Of a stretch of DNA of 64,000 bases, positions 17,996-28,164 are shown piece after piece. The translations under genes and the position numbers were made by a program. Source of the DNA: Vicinamibacteria bacterium (GTDB taxonomy: Bacteria; Acidobacteriota; Vicinamibacteria; Marinacidobacterales; Marinacidobacteraceae); assembly GCA_963422395.1 (NCBI GenBank), contig OY729431.1, positions 2,368,001 to 2,432,000 on the forward strand, in the 5' to 3' direction. Under the pieces are notes generated by a model. The model searched no databases. It was given only the letters and a program-made list of their open reading frames with translations, and was not told the origin of the DNA. The first letter of the stretch is position 1; every line of letters begins with the position of its first letter.

Positions 17996-18103
17996 AGAGA
18001 GTGTCTTCGATGAGGGCGCTCGCATCGACATCCGAGCGTAGCCTCCGGCAGAATCCGCGCGGGACCCTGCGGCTCTACCGGGTGGCAGCACAGCGGGCGA
18101 TGA
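17911..18103. repeat. Degenerate direct repeat, copy B (includes 3' end of DUF5107 gene)
   Basis: See copy A; both carry CTCTACCGGGTxGCAGCACAGCGGGCGATGA. Confidence 0.85.
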
Positions 18104-21035
18104 AGTGCTCCTGTTCTTCGTCCGTCGGCGCGTTCGCCGCGCAGTCGGCCAGGGTAGCGGCGGCCTCCGCTGGGCGGCCGAGCGCGGCGAGTGCCTCGGC
18201 GCGGAACCAGAGAGCGCGCGCCTCGCTCGGGCGGTGCGGCCTCCCGACTCCCAGATTCTCCGGATAGGTCAGCGCCCGATCGAAGTGGACGAGGGCCGCT
18301 TCGGCACTGCCCCCGGCGAGCGCTCTTCGTCCGAGCTCCACCTGCGCTCGCGAGAAGAGACGCCACACGGTCTGGTCGCCCTCCCGGAAGGCGACCTCGG
18401 TCCCATCCAGCAGGGCGGCGGTCTCGGCGAAGCGGCCGGTGGCGGAAAGTGCCCGCGCCAGCTCGATCGTCACATCGTGGCGGCGCCGCACTCCGGAAGC
18501 CGGGCTCGCCGCCGGAACCTGCAGCAGCGCTTCCACGGCCTCGGCGGGGCGCCCCTGTTCGAGCAGCAGCCGGGCGAGGTCGCGGAGAAGGGTCTGGTCC
18601 TCGGGGCGCGCCGCTACCGCCTGCCGCAAGCGGGACTCGGCTGCGGCCTTGCGCCCCTCGATCTTCCAGTGGAACATCGCCAGCGCCCGGTGCGCGGTGG
18701 AGAGCCCGGGTTCGAGCGCGGCCGCCGCCTCCCAGGGCGCCGCCGCCTCCTCGAACCGGCCGAGACCGCCGAGCAGGTGGCCGAGGAGCAGCCTCGGCGC
18801 CGCCGAGGCCGGGAGCTGCTCCACTGCCGCCGAAAGCACCGGGAGGGTCTCGGGCCGCGAGGGAAAGGCGTAGTCGAGCGGTGCCGCGAGCGCCGCTTCC
18901 CGATAGCGCTCCGCCCGCTCGCCGGCAGCCCAACCGGCAGCGTGGAACCAGAGCACCGGGCCCGGCGCGAACCCCGCTTCCCGAAGCCCTTCGAAAACCT
19001 CGAGCGCCAGGTCGGGGAGCCCGAGTTCGGCGAGCGTCGAAAGCAGCTCGGTGAAAGCGAACTCCGGCTCGCCGGCGAGCGCGCGCATCGCCTGCGCTGC
19101 ATCCCGCCGTTCCGCTTCGCCTTCGGCGAGGTGGAGGCGGACCGCCCAGGGCACCAGCTCCACCGTGCCGCGGGCGATCTCCCGATCGGCGAGCTCGCCT
19201 GCGGTCCGGGGGTCCCCGGCGGCCAGCCAGGCGAGCGGCAGGAGCGCCGGACTCCCGCGGCGGAAGGCGGGGATCGCCGCCTCCGGATCTCCCTGCCGCA
19301 TCCGCACTCGGCCCACCAGCCGCCAGGCCGGCTCCCGGACTCCGGCGAGCTTCGTCGCCCGGAAGGCGGAGTCGAGGGCGCCCCGATCGTCGCCGAGCTC
19401 GAACCGGGCGACCCCGTGAAGGAAGCGGGCGATGCCGTTCTCGGGAGCGGCCGCCGCCACTCGGGCCAGCCTCCGGGAAGCCGGTTCGTGGCGCCCGGCC
19501 TTCAGATCCAGCAACGAGAGACCGATCGCCGCCCCGACATGATCCGGCGCCAGCGCGAGCGCCTGCCGGTAACGGCGGCGCGCCTCGGCCCGGTCGAGAT
19601 CCTTGGCAGCGCGCTCGCCGCGCTGAAACGCCGCCTCCGCAGTCGCCGGCTCGGCTTCGTCGGCAAGCGGCGGCGGCTCCCGGGCGGGGACTTCGAGCGG
19701 GGAGCGGTAGCCGAGCACGAGGCGCTCCCCACCGTCCTTCCTGCCCTCCACCGAGACCTCCACCTGCAGGGCAGCGTCCGGATCGCCCGGCCACTCGACC
19801 GAGGCTGGCGCCTCCGGAGTCAGATCGAGCGAGACGGCGTGCTCGACGCCCCCGCCGGCGAGCCGTATCCGCGCTCCCGCGAGCGCTTCGGCGGCGAGGA
19901 ACAGAAACCGCGTCCCCGCTTCGGAAGAGACCCGCTCGACGACCAGTTCCGGGGTGGCGTATTCGAAACCCTCGCCCAGCCCGAACACCGGAGTCCACTG
20001 CTCCCGCCAGGCGACCGTCTGCCCGGGGTGGAGCCAGGCGTAGTCCGACTGGGTGGGGAGCGGACCGCTCTGGACCTCGATGTAGGGGCCGTCCTCGTCG
20101 GTCAGCGCCCGCTGGCTCATCATCCCGTCGTCCCCCTGCCCCCAGGTCCATCCCTTCTTGCCCGGCAGTTCGCGATGGTCGGCGGTCTGGACGATCCCCC
20201 GGTCGGTTCCCGCGTCGTAGGCGCCGAAGAAGTCGTGGACCGCCCGGTAAGCGAAGAGGGAAGTCGGTTCGGGATAGCTGGTGAGACGAGTCCGGTCCAC
20301 CCCGTCCTCCTCCGGGAAACGGTAGAAGGTGGTTCCGAAGTGGTCGCTGGCGAGCGACATCGGATAGACGAAGCGGGTGCCGTCCCGCTGCGGAAACGCG
20401 GTGTTGTTCCAGAAGTAATAGGGATGCGGCAGGTCGGTCGGATTGAAGATGCGGATCTCCTCGTCGAGGCGCGCGGTTCCCGGCCGCAGCGTCAACCGGA
20501 CTTCCCAGCCGGTGCGGAATGTCTGTTCCACTTCGCCGATGACCAGCGTCGCCGAGCCGTCGGGGTTTTCGACTCCCGCCACATTCACCGGGGAGAAGCT
20601 CGTGACCGTGTGCCCCTGCGGCCCCCGGTTCCATTCGATCCCGCCGGAGACCCAGGCGCCCCGGAGGGCGATGAGACCAGGGCGGATCACCCGGTTGTCG
20701 TAGAACATCTGCTCGTTCCGGCGCTTGTCGAGCACCCACTGGATGCGTCCGCCGATCTCCGGCAGGCAAGCGAGCTTCAGGTATTCGTTCTCGAGGAAGA
20801 AGGCCCGCCAGGCTCGGTCGGCACGCTCGCTCCCGAGGTTGTCCTGCATCGAGTAGGGATAGACGATGGAATCGTCGGTCTCCCGGAACTGCGGATTCGG
20901 ATCGTCGGGCAGCAGCGCATAGGTCGGCAGGACGAGCTCGCCTTCCCACACCTGTACCGTCTGGGCGGCGAGAACGCGCGGAAAGAGCGCCGCGGCGGCG
21001 ACGGCGGCGAGAACGGCGGTTCGGAGTTTCGGCAC
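18075..21035 (-). CDS. DUF5107 domain / TPR repeat protein, secreted
   Basis: Signal peptide; LENEYLKLACLPEIGGRI, GAWVSGGIEWN, PGKKGWTWG, GPYIEVQSG; TPR-rich C-half ending YPENLGVGRP. Confidence 0.88.
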   Translation of the reverse strand: MPKLRTAVLAAVAAAALFPRVLAAQTVQVWEGELVLPTYALLPDDPNPQFRETDDSIVYPYSMQDNLGSERADRAWRAFFLENEYLKLACLPEIGGRIQWVLDKRRNEQMFYDNRVIRPGLIALRGAWVSGGIEWNRGPQGHTVTSFSPVNVAGVENPDGSATLVIGEVEQTFRTGWEVRLTLRPGTARLDEEIRIFNPTDLPHPYYFWNNTAFPQRDGTRFVYPMSLASDHFGTTFYRFPEEDGVDRTRLTSYPEPTSLFAYRAVHDFFGAYDAGTDRGIVQTADHRELPGKKGWTWGQGDDGMMSQRALTDEDGPYIEVQSGPLPTQSDYAWLHPGQTVAWREQWTPVFGLGEGFEYATPELVVERVSSEAGTRFLFLAAEALAGARIRLAGGGVEHAVSLDLTPEAPASVEWPGDPDAALQVEVSVEGRKDGGERLVLGYRSPLEVPAREPPPLADEAEPATAEAAFQRGERAAKDLDRAEARRRYRQALALAPDHVGAAIGLSLLDLKAGRHEPASRRLARVAAAAPENGIARFLHGVARFELGDDRGALDSAFRATKLAGVREPAWRLVGRVRMRQGDPEAAIPAFRRGSPALLPLAWLAAGDPRTAGELADREIARGTVELVPWAVRLHLAEGEAERRDAAQAMRALAGEPEFAFTELLSTLAELGLPDLALEVFEGLREAGFAPGPVLWFHAAGWAAGERAERYREAALAAPLDYAFPSRPETLPVLSAAVEQLPASAAPRLLLGHLLGGLGRFEEAAAPWEAAAALEPGLSTAHRALAMFHWKIEGRKAAAESRLRQAVAARPEDQTLLRDLARLLLEQGRPAEAVEALLQVPAASPASGVRRRHDVTIELARALSATGRFAETAALLDGTEVAFREGDQTVWRLFSRAQVELGRRALAGGSAEAALVHFDRALTYPENLGVGRPHRPSEARALWFRAEALAALGRPAEAAATLADCAANAPTDEEQEHFIARCAATR

Positions 21036-21124
21036 GGGCGATTTCCTCGGGGGCGGTTCGAAGAGGCTGCGAGGCGCTCCCGCTACGGAGCGGAAGCTAC
21101 GAGGGAGGATGCTATGGAAGGTGG

Positions 21125-21841
21125 CTACGGCGGAAGGAGGCGGAGGGGGCGGAACGCCTCCAGGACATGGAAGCTCGGGCTGCCGGTGGGCGACCAGGCG
21201 GCGAACACCGCGCCCTCAGCGGGAGCCTCCGGCCCTCCGGGACGCTCGATCCGGAAGATGTTGAACGGGATCTGGCGCTCGCCCGCCTCACGGACCGGCG
21301 GCGGCCCGGCGAGGCCGAGCCCCTCCCAGGGGAGGAACAGGGTCCCGATCCAGCCGTCCTCCGAGGCGGCGACCGCGCTGCGCAAGCCGGCGACCGAGAA
21401 ACCGCGGTCCATCAGCCCCACCGCGTCGGACGCCGTCTCGCCCGGAGCCAGGCGCCTGAGGTCGGTGACCACATCGGCCGGGTTCAGCTCGACTTCGATA
21501 TAGCGGCCGTCACCTTCGGGGTCGAGGAAGATCTCGACGACTTCCTCCTCCCAGAGCGGGTCGCCGCGCCGGGTCATGGTGAACCAGGGTGCGTCGTCCT
21601 CGACATCGAACCGCAGGTGGAGGCCCGCTTCGCTCCAGAGCGCCCGGAAACGGGTGCGGTAGGGGGAAGCTCCCCATGAGGCGACCGCCGGTTCCTGCCA
21701 CTCCGGCGACTCGGGGGAGAGCAGGGATTCCGGAGCGGCAGCGGTATGGAGACTCGGATAGGAGGCGGGGGGAGCGGGCACAGCGGCGGCAGCGACAGCA
21801 GCAACAATGGCAGCGAGCGTCGAGAGCAGTAAAAAAAGCAC
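21125..21841 (-). CDS. Carbohydrate-binding family 9-like protein
   Basis: TRFRALWS..GLHLRF, LWEEEVVEIFLDP, YIEVELNP, FNIFRIE, AWSPT...FH. Confidence 0.85.
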   Translation of the reverse strand: MLFLLLSTLAAIVAAVAAAAVPAPPASYPSLHTAAAPESLLSPESPEWQEPAVASWGASPYRTRFRALWSEAGLHLRFDVEDDAPWFTMTRRGDPLWEEEVVEIFLDPEGDGRYIEVELNPADVVTDLRRLAPGETASDAVGLMDRGFSVAGLRSAVAASEDGWIGTLFLPWEGLGLAGPPPVREAGERQIPFNIFRIERPGGPEAPAEGAVFAAWSPTGSPSFHVLEAFRPLRLLPP

Positions 21842-21984
21842 CGGAAACCACCCCCCGAAGAGGCGAGGATACGAAAACCACCGAAACGACCGGCGCTCGC
21901 CCTATGATCGGCTCTTCCGGTTCGGGGCAGGCAGGCAGGCAGGGCCGGCAGGCGCCCGGGCAGCACCGAAGAGGAGACCCACCG

Positions 21985-23712
21985 ATGAGCAGCAGGAAAC
22001 GACGGATCGCAGCGGTCGGACTCGCGGCGGCGCTCGGGCTTTCCTGGTTCGTGTTTTCCGGTTCCGCCCGCAGCCCCGGGGGAACAGCCGCAGGCGCTGG
22101 AATGAGCGTCCACGGCATGGTGGTGACCTCCCACCCGCTCGCTGCCCAGGCCGGGCTCTCCATGTTGCAGGCCGGCGGAAACGCCTTCGACGCCGGCGTC
22201 GCCGCCGCCGCGGTGCTGGCGGTGGTCGAACCCCTGATGTCGGGTCTCGGCGGGGTCGGCGGGTACGCGCTGATCCACGATTCCGGGACGGGCGTCGTCC
22301 GTTCGCTGGACTTCATCGGCGCCGCGCCGGCGGCGGCAGAGCCTTCGGCGTTCACCCGCGGCAGCCGGCTCTGGGATCGGACCCATCCGGCGCGCGACAG
22401 CTTCCTCGCCCCGCTCGTTCCCGGGAACCTGGCCGGCTGGGCGGCGCTGCTCGAAGAATACGGCTCGATGGGCTGGCCGGAGGTGCTCGCCCCGGCGATC
22501 CGCTACGCCGACGAAGGATTCGCGGTGACGCCGGCGGTCAGCCGGCCCTTCGGCACCAGCGGATTCGGCGCCGAAGTGGCCCGCTACCCCTACGGCGCGG
22601 GCATCTTCTTCAAGGGCGGCAAACCGTGGCCGGTGGGCGAGATATTGCGCCAGCCCGATCTGGCGGCGACTCTCCGGGCCATCGCCGAATCCGGGCCCGA
22701 GGTCTTCTACGGCGGACCGCTCGCGGAGACGGTCGCCGAGTTCTTCCAGCGAAACGGCGGCATCCTCACCGTGGCGGACCTCGCGAACTACCGGGCGCGA
22801 TGGGGCGAGCCGCTCTCGACCAACTACCGCGGGTACCAGGTGTACAGCCAACCTCCCGGCGGCTCGGGCATGACGGTGTTGCAGGCGCTCAACATCCTCG
22901 AGCATTTCGACTTCGCGGCGTTCGAACACAACGCGGAGGAGTTCGTCCATCTGGTGGCCGAGGCGCTGAAGCTCGCCTTCGTGGACGAAGACACTTTCAA
23001 CACCGGAAAGGACTACGCCGAGATTCCGCTCGACCGACTGCTCTCCGAGGAGTACGCCGCCGAACAGGCAACCCGCCTGGACCGGGCGCGGGCGCGCTTC
23101 CACGATCCGGTGCGCCGGAGCGAACCGGCGGCGACTTCCGTCGAGCACACCACCCATCACACCGTGGTGGACCGAGACCACAATGTGGTGACGATCACCC
23201 AGACACTCATGCTGCCCGCCGGCGTGGTGGTTCCCGCGACCGGCGTCATCTTCAACAACGGCATGTCCTATTTCAGTCTCGACGCCGAGGATGTGAACCG
23301 CATCGAAGGCGGCCAGCGTCCGCGATTCGTGATGAGCCCGACGATCGTGACCCGCGGCGGCAAGCCCTACTTCGCGCTCGGGTCCGCCGGCGGCTGGACG
23401 ATTCCGCAGACCATCCTGCAGGTGCTGGTCCGGGCGCTCGACTACGGAATGGACGCGGCGGAAGCGGTGGACGCGCCGCGGTTCGCGGTCCGCTACCTGG
23501 GCAACTCGATCCCTTACCTCCCGGGGACCGACCTCGTGCTCGAGAAGGACTTTCCGGAGGAAGTGCGCGAGGCGCTCCGGGCACGCGGCCACCGCCTCCG
23601 TGAACCGGCGAGCCGGATCGGAATGCTCAACGCCATCAAGATATACCCCCGGTCCGGGGTGCTTTCCGGAGGGCCGGACCAGCGCCGCGAGGGCCACGCC
23701 GCCGGCTGGTGA
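21985..23712 (+). CDS. ggt: Gamma-glutamyltransferase
   Basis: GAGGAG RBS; GGNAFDA, VVEPLMSGLGG, HTTHHTVVD (Thr nucleophile), NNGM, MSPTIV, DQRREG. Confidence 0.93.
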   Translation: MSSRKRRIAAVGLAAALGLSWFVFSGSARSPGGTAAGAGMSVHGMVVTSHPLAAQAGLSMLQAGGNAFDAGVAAAAVLAVVEPLMSGLGGVGGYALIHDSGTGVVRSLDFIGAAPAAAEPSAFTRGSRLWDRTHPARDSFLAPLVPGNLAGWAALLEEYGSMGWPEVLAPAIRYADEGFAVTPAVSRPFGTSGFGAEVARYPYGAGIFFKGGKPWPVGEILRQPDLAATLRAIAESGPEVFYGGPLAETVAEFFQRNGGILTVADLANYRARWGEPLSTNYRGYQVYSQPPGGSGMTVLQALNILEHFDFAAFEHNAEEFVHLVAEALKLAFVDEDTFNTGKDYAEIPLDRLLSEEYAAEQATRLDRARARFHDPVRRSEPAATSVEHTTHHTVVDRDHNVVTITQTLMLPAGVVVPATGVIFNNGMSYFSLDAEDVNRIEGGQRPRFVMSPTIVTRGGKPYFALGSAGGWTIPQTILQVLVRALDYGMDAAEAVDAPRFAVRYLGNSIPYLPGTDLVLEKDFPEEVREALRARGHRLREPASRIGMLNAIKIYPRSGVLSGGPDQRREGHAAGW

Positions 23713-23976
23713 GAACCGAAATCATGGAGTTATCGGCGTGATGCCCAAGCGTTTCGTATTCCCGACTCCGGCACACGAAGCGTGGCTGCCCGCACCCGAG
23801 AGAGCTCCGCTGCCGGCGATGGGAAGGATTCTCCGCCTTGCTCGGCAGAGCTGGCCTGCTCGCCGTGCTGGAACGCGACACCCTCAGAATCACCGCTCCC
23901 CGACTGATGGAGCGCGTTTCTGCGTCCGTCCTCCCGGCACTCAGTCCTCGCCGGCGAGACACGCCTCGCCGGATGA

Positions 23977-25953
23977 TCAGCGGATCAGGAAGGACAGTTC
24001 CCCCACCGCCGTCCGGTCGCGGCGGTCGTCGGTGACCCGGATCACCGCGGTATAGCGTCCGGCGCGCAGCGCGCCCGTCTGCAGCGACAGCAGCAGCGGC
24101 GTGCCTTGCGGGCGCCCCGGATCGAGTTCGAAGACCCCTGGGCGTTCGGCCTCGACCGCGATTTCGCCGGCCTCGTTTCGGATCTCGTAGGCGATCCGCA
24201 CCCGCGAGGCCGGAGCATCCCGTCCGGCACTCCGTCCGGGGAAGACCGAGAAGGCGACCCGCGCTTCCTCGGCGCGGGCAAAGGCGGCCACCGGCCGCAC
24301 CGGAGGTCCGACCGCCTCGGGCGCGTGCGCTTCGGCGACGAACGGGAAGACGCTCGAGAGCGAAAACGACTCCCCGAGCCCTTCGGGAACGACCAGCGCC
24401 GAAGAACCGACCTGTACCGGCTCGCCTCCCCGCTCGAAGACCACCTCGAGCCGGTGCTCTCCGACGGGCAGCTCGGCGGGCGTGGACAGCCAGAAGCGCC
24501 GGTCGTCCACGGTGGACTCCGCCTCCGCGAGCAGCGTTCCGTCCGCCGCTGTAACCCACAGGCGAAGCGCGGCCGGGCCCTCCGCATACGCCTCCGGGAG
24601 GGCCGCGGCGAGCACGGTGAGAACGCCGCCCGGACTCGGGTGCAGCAGATAGGCGTAGGTGTGCAAGTTGTCGGGGAAGGCGTAGCCGTAGTCGCCCCGG
24701 GCCGCCGCTTCGAGAGCCTCGCCGCGCCGCTCGCGGGCGAAATACCCAGGTCGGGCGATCACCCGCAGCTCGGGCCGGTGGCGCACCCGCACCGCCAGGT
24801 TCCGGTACTCGCCGTCGAGCTCGCTCTCCGAAGGGGAGAAGGAGAGCAGGTAGTAGAGCTCGTTCTGGATCCCGATCCGGTTGAGCGCCACCGCGAAGTT
24901 CGTCTGGTTCGGGAAGTGGCTCCCGCCGGTGGCGACCGCCAGCGAGGCGGTGCCTCCCTCCGCCGGAATATCGGCGGCGGTCTGCATCCGCGTCAGCGGG
25001 TGGTCGTTCGGCTCCACCGGCAGCGGATTCCCCAGCACATCGAAGGCATTGAGGCTGGGCCTGAGGATGCGGTTCTCGTTGCCGTACACCCCGGCGAGGT
25101 CCACCGAGTAGAGGGTGGCGTTCGCGTGGTTCAGCTGGCGGATCGCATCCCGGAGGGTGTGCGTCTCATCGAAGGCGCGGCGCCCGGGAAATTCGTCCAC
25201 CTCGTCGCCGGCGATCTCTCCGACCACTTGCCGCGGGTCGGCGAAGGTCTGGAGATCCACCGAGAGGAACACCACGATCTTGCGGCCCTCCACCGATTCG
25301 AGCGCTTCGGCGAGCCCGTAGAGCATCCGGAAGGAATCACGGGCGTCCATTTCGGGGCCGACGGGGCTTTCGTAGGTGCCCGGCACGATCCGCCGGACAT
25401 TGGCGAGCGTCTGCTGTTTGCCGGGCCAGAACTCCTGCAGGACGCGCAGCGAGGCGGCGAACTCCAGGATCATCGTCTCGTCGCCGTCCACCATGTTCTG
25501 GCTCACGAACTCCTCGAGCCCGCGCTTGGCGCGCCGGAGGTTCACCGGGTCGGCGCGCCGCCGGTTGAAGACGATCACGAAGCGGCGGGGCGAGACATTG
25601 CCGGCAGCAGCCGCCGGATCCGCTGCCGGGACCCCGGCCTCCTCCTCGGTCGGGGCGGCGCCTTCGAGCCCGTAGCGCTCCCAGTCCACCACCTCGAGAC
25701 TCAGGACCTGCTGCGGCTGCCTGTCCTCGAACAGCTCGAAGTCGGCGGCGGTGAGTCCGGGCATCGGATTCCCGTCCTCGTCGAGAACGAGCACATCCAC
25801 GAGAACCCGGGTCGCGGCGGCGCGAAACCGGAACGACTGGCCCGCTGCCGCCGCCAGGCCCGCGAAGGAGACCGCGAGGCCCGCGAGCGCGAGCCGGCGC
25901 CAAGAGGGCGAAAGCCGGCAGCAGAGGCGGAAGAAACGGATTTTCCGGCGCAT
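23977..25953 (-). CDS. Acidobacterial VWA-domain protein
   Basis: RVLVDVLVLDEDGNPMPGLTAADFELFED, GRKIVVFLS, LAVATGG, YYLLSFSP, ARPGYFA. Confidence 0.88.
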   Translation of the reverse strand: MRRKIRFFRLCCRLSPSWRRLALAGLAVSFAGLAAAAGQSFRFRAAATRVLVDVLVLDEDGNPMPGLTAADFELFEDRQPQQVLSLEVVDWERYGLEGAAPTEEEAGVPAADPAAAAGNVSPRRFVIVFNRRRADPVNLRRAKRGLEEFVSQNMVDGDETMILEFAASLRVLQEFWPGKQQTLANVRRIVPGTYESPVGPEMDARDSFRMLYGLAEALESVEGRKIVVFLSVDLQTFADPRQVVGEIAGDEVDEFPGRRAFDETHTLRDAIRQLNHANATLYSVDLAGVYGNENRILRPSLNAFDVLGNPLPVEPNDHPLTRMQTAADIPAEGGTASLAVATGGSHFPNQTNFAVALNRIGIQNELYYLLSFSPSESELDGEYRNLAVRVRHRPELRVIARPGYFARERRGEALEAAARGDYGYAFPDNLHTYAYLLHPSPGGVLTVLAAALPEAYAEGPAALRLWVTAADGTLLAEAESTVDDRRFWLSTPAELPVGEHRLEVVFERGGEPVQVGSSALVVPEGLGESFSLSSVFPFVAEAHAPEAVGPPVRPVAAFARAEEARVAFSVFPGRSAGRDAPASRVRIAYEIRNEAGEIAVEAERPGVFELDPGRPQGTPLLLSLQTGALRAGRYTAVIRVTDDRRDRTAVGELSFLIR

Positions 25954-26040
25954 GATGCGATCCCTGTGGTTCGATCCCCGATCCGAGCGGCAGCAAGTCC
26001 CGTTCCGAGCGCGCCAACCGATCGGCGGAGCCCCCTCCTG

Positions 26041-26445
26041 TTACAGGAGGCCGAGGCGGAGTTTCGCGGCGTCGGTCATGCGGTCCGGATTCCAGGGAGG
26101 ATCCCAAACGACATCCACCCGGACCGACGAGACCCCGGCGACGCGGCCGATCTTCTGTTCGACCTCGGGAGGCAGCGTCCCCGCCACCGGGCACGCCGGC
26201 GAAGTGAGGGTCATGTCCACCTCGACGCTGCCGGCGTCGTCCACCTCCACCCGGTACACCAACCCGAGGTCGTAGATGTCCACCGGGATCTCGGGGTCGT
26301 AGCAGGTCTTCAGCGCGTCCACCACCCGCTCCCGGACCTGCTCCGGGGCCGGGTTCTCGGCTTCGAGTCCGGAAGCTGCAGGTTCGGCGCCGGTGGGGCT
26401 GGCCTCGGCGGGTTGGGCCTCGGCGGGGTCGGGTTCTTCGGTCAT
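26041..26445 (-). CDS. sufT: SUF Fe-S assembly protein, DUF59
   Basis: YDPEIPVDIYDLGLVY, MTLTSPACPVAG, WDPPW. Confidence 0.92.
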   Translation of the reverse strand: MTEEPDPAEAQPAEASPTGAEPAASGLEAENPAPEQVRERVVDALKTCYDPEIPVDIYDLGLVYRVEVDDAGSVEVDMTLTSPACPVAGTLPPEVEQKIGRVAGVSSVRVDVVWDPPWNPDRMTDAAKLRLGLL

Positions 26446-26473
26446 CGTCGTCTCCTCGAGGCCGTTCCCTCGA

Positions 26474-26932
26474 TCATTCGGTCCGGGCGGGTTCTCCGCT
26501 CTGCTCGAGGGCGGCGCGCAGGGTGTGCCCGGCGAGCGTCGCGCACTTCACCCGCGCCGGGTAGTCGCGGACTCCGGCGAACACCGCGAGTTTTCCCAGC
26601 GTGTGCTCGTGGGCCTCGGATCGGCCGGCGGCCATGCTGCGAAACCGGTCGACCAGCTCGAGGGCGCGGGACTCGGAGAGCCCGGCGAGCGCCTCGGTGA
26701 GCAGCGAGGCCGAGGCGGTCGAGATCGCGCAGCCGTCCCCCGTGAACGAGGCCTGCCGGACCGTCCCGTCTTCCACCCGCAGGAACAGCTGCAGCCGGTC
26801 GCCGCAGAGCGGGTTGAAGCCGCTTCCACTCCGGTTCGCGCCGTCCATCGCGCCGTAGTTCCGAGGGCGGCGGCTGTGGTCGAGGATGACCTCGCGGTAG
26901 AGGTCGCGGACCGATCCGCGGTCCGCGCTCAC
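26474..26932 (-). CDS. sufU: SUF NifU-family scaffold
   Basis: LYREVILDH, NPLCGD, GCAISTASAS, PARVKCATL. Confidence 0.95.
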   Translation of the reverse strand: MSADRGSVRDLYREVILDHSRRPRNYGAMDGANRSGSGFNPLCGDRLQLFLRVEDGTVRQASFTGDGCAISTASASLLTEALAGLSESRALELVDRFRSMAAGRSEAHEHTLGKLAVFAGVRDYPARVKCATLAGHTLRAALEQSGEPARTE

Positions 26933-28164
26933 GGCCGGAAGACCTCGAGGGCGATGCCGAGGCCCGCCGCCAGCCGGTCCACCTCGGCCCGGGTGTTGTA
27001 GAGCCCGAAGGAGGCGCGCGCAGTCGCCGGCACCCCGAAGCGCTCCATGAGCGGCTGAGCGCAGTGGTGTCCGGTGCGCACCGCGACCCCTTCCCGGTCG
27101 AGCACGGTGCCCAGATCGTGCGGGTGGATCCCGTCCACCACGAAGGACACCACTCCCGCCTTCTCGCGGGCGGTCCCGATCAGCCGGAGGCCAGAGATCT
27201 CCGAGAGCCGCTCCTCCGCGTATTCGCGCACGCTCGACTCGTGGCTGCCGACCGCGGGGAATCCGAGATCTTCCAGATAGTCGGCAGCGGCCGCGAGGCC
27301 GACCGGCCCGGCGATGTTCGGCGTCCCAGCCTCGAACTTGGCGGGGGGATCGGCGTAGGTACTGCGCTCGAAGCGAACGGTCCGGATCATCTCGCCGCCT
27401 CCCTGGTAGGGAGGGATCCGTTCGAGCAGGCTCTTCCGGCCCCAGAGCACGCCGATCCCGGAAGGGCCGTACATCTTGTGTCCGGAGAGGACATAGAAGT
27501 CGCAGCCGAGGCGGCGGACATCGATCTTGAGGTGCGGAGCCGCCTGCGCGCCGTCGAGCACGAAGTAGGCGCCGCGCTCTGCGGCGAGCCGCGCGATCTC
27601 CGACACCGGATTCACCGTGCCGAGGGCGTTCGAGACATGCACCACGGAGACGATCTTCGTGCGGTCGGTCAGCCGGGCGGCGAAGCCGTCGAGATCGATC
27701 TCGCCTTCGTCGGTGACCGGAGCCGCCACCAGCCGGGCGCCGGTCCGCTCGGCCACCATCTGCCAGGGCACGATGTTCGAGTGGTGCTCCATCTCGGTCA
27801 GCAGCACTTCGTCGCCCTCGCCGAGCGCGAAGCGGCCGAGGCAGGAAGCCACCAGATTCAGCCCCTCGGTGGTGCCCCGGACGAAGACCACCTCGTCCGC
27901 CGATCCGGCGCCGATGAAATCCGCCATACGGCGCCGGGAGCGCTCGTAGCGTTCCGTGGCGCGCTCGGAGAGCACATGGACGCCCCGGTGGATGTTCGCG
28001 TAGCCGGTTTCGTACACCCGGTTCACCGCGTCGAGCACCCGCTGCGGTTTTTGGGAGCTCGCGGCGTTGTCGAGATAGGCGATCGGCCGGCCGCCCACTT
28101 CCTCGCGGAGGATCGGGAAGTCGGCCCGGACCCGCTCGAGGTCGTAGCCGGGGGCCGCCGTCAT
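26929..28164 (-). CDS. sufS: Cysteine desulfurase
   Basis: YLDNAASSQKP, EHHSNIVPW, SGHKMYGP, RTGHHCAQP. Confidence 0.97.
   Translation of the reverse strand: MTAAPGYDLERVRADFPILREEVGGRPIAYLDNAASSQKPQRVLDAVNRVYETGYANIHRGVHVLSERATERYERSRRRMADFIGAGSADEVVFVRGTTEGLNLVASCLGRFALGEGDEVLLTEMEHHSNIVPWQMVAERTGARLVAAPVTDEGEIDLDGFAARLTDRTKIVSVVHVSNALGTVNPVSEIARLAAERGAYFVLDGAQAAPHLKIDVRRLGCDFYVLSGHKMYGPSGIGVLWGRKSLLERIPPYQGGGEMIRTVRFERSTYADPPAKFEAGTPNIAGPVGLAAAADYLEDLGFPAVGSHESSVREYAEERLSEISGLRLIGTAREKAGVVSFVVDGIHPHDLGTVLDREGVAVRTGHHCAQPLMERFGVPATARASFGLYNTRAEVDRLAAGLGIALEVFRP

Noticed and set aside
11130-18100. Integron cassette array
   Set aside because: No integrase, no convincing attC sites, and mixed gene orientations.
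18105-21503. Very long antisense or alternative-frame ORFs (also 34023-37178, 39079-42141, 24106-26700)
   Set aside because: Shadow ORFs of high-GC genes; Arg/Pro/Gly-rich with no motifs, overlapping well-supported CDSs.
23713-23976. Slightly AT-richer gap between convergent ggt and VWA genes
   Set aside because: No recognisable ORF, repeat or RNA structure in the frames I read.
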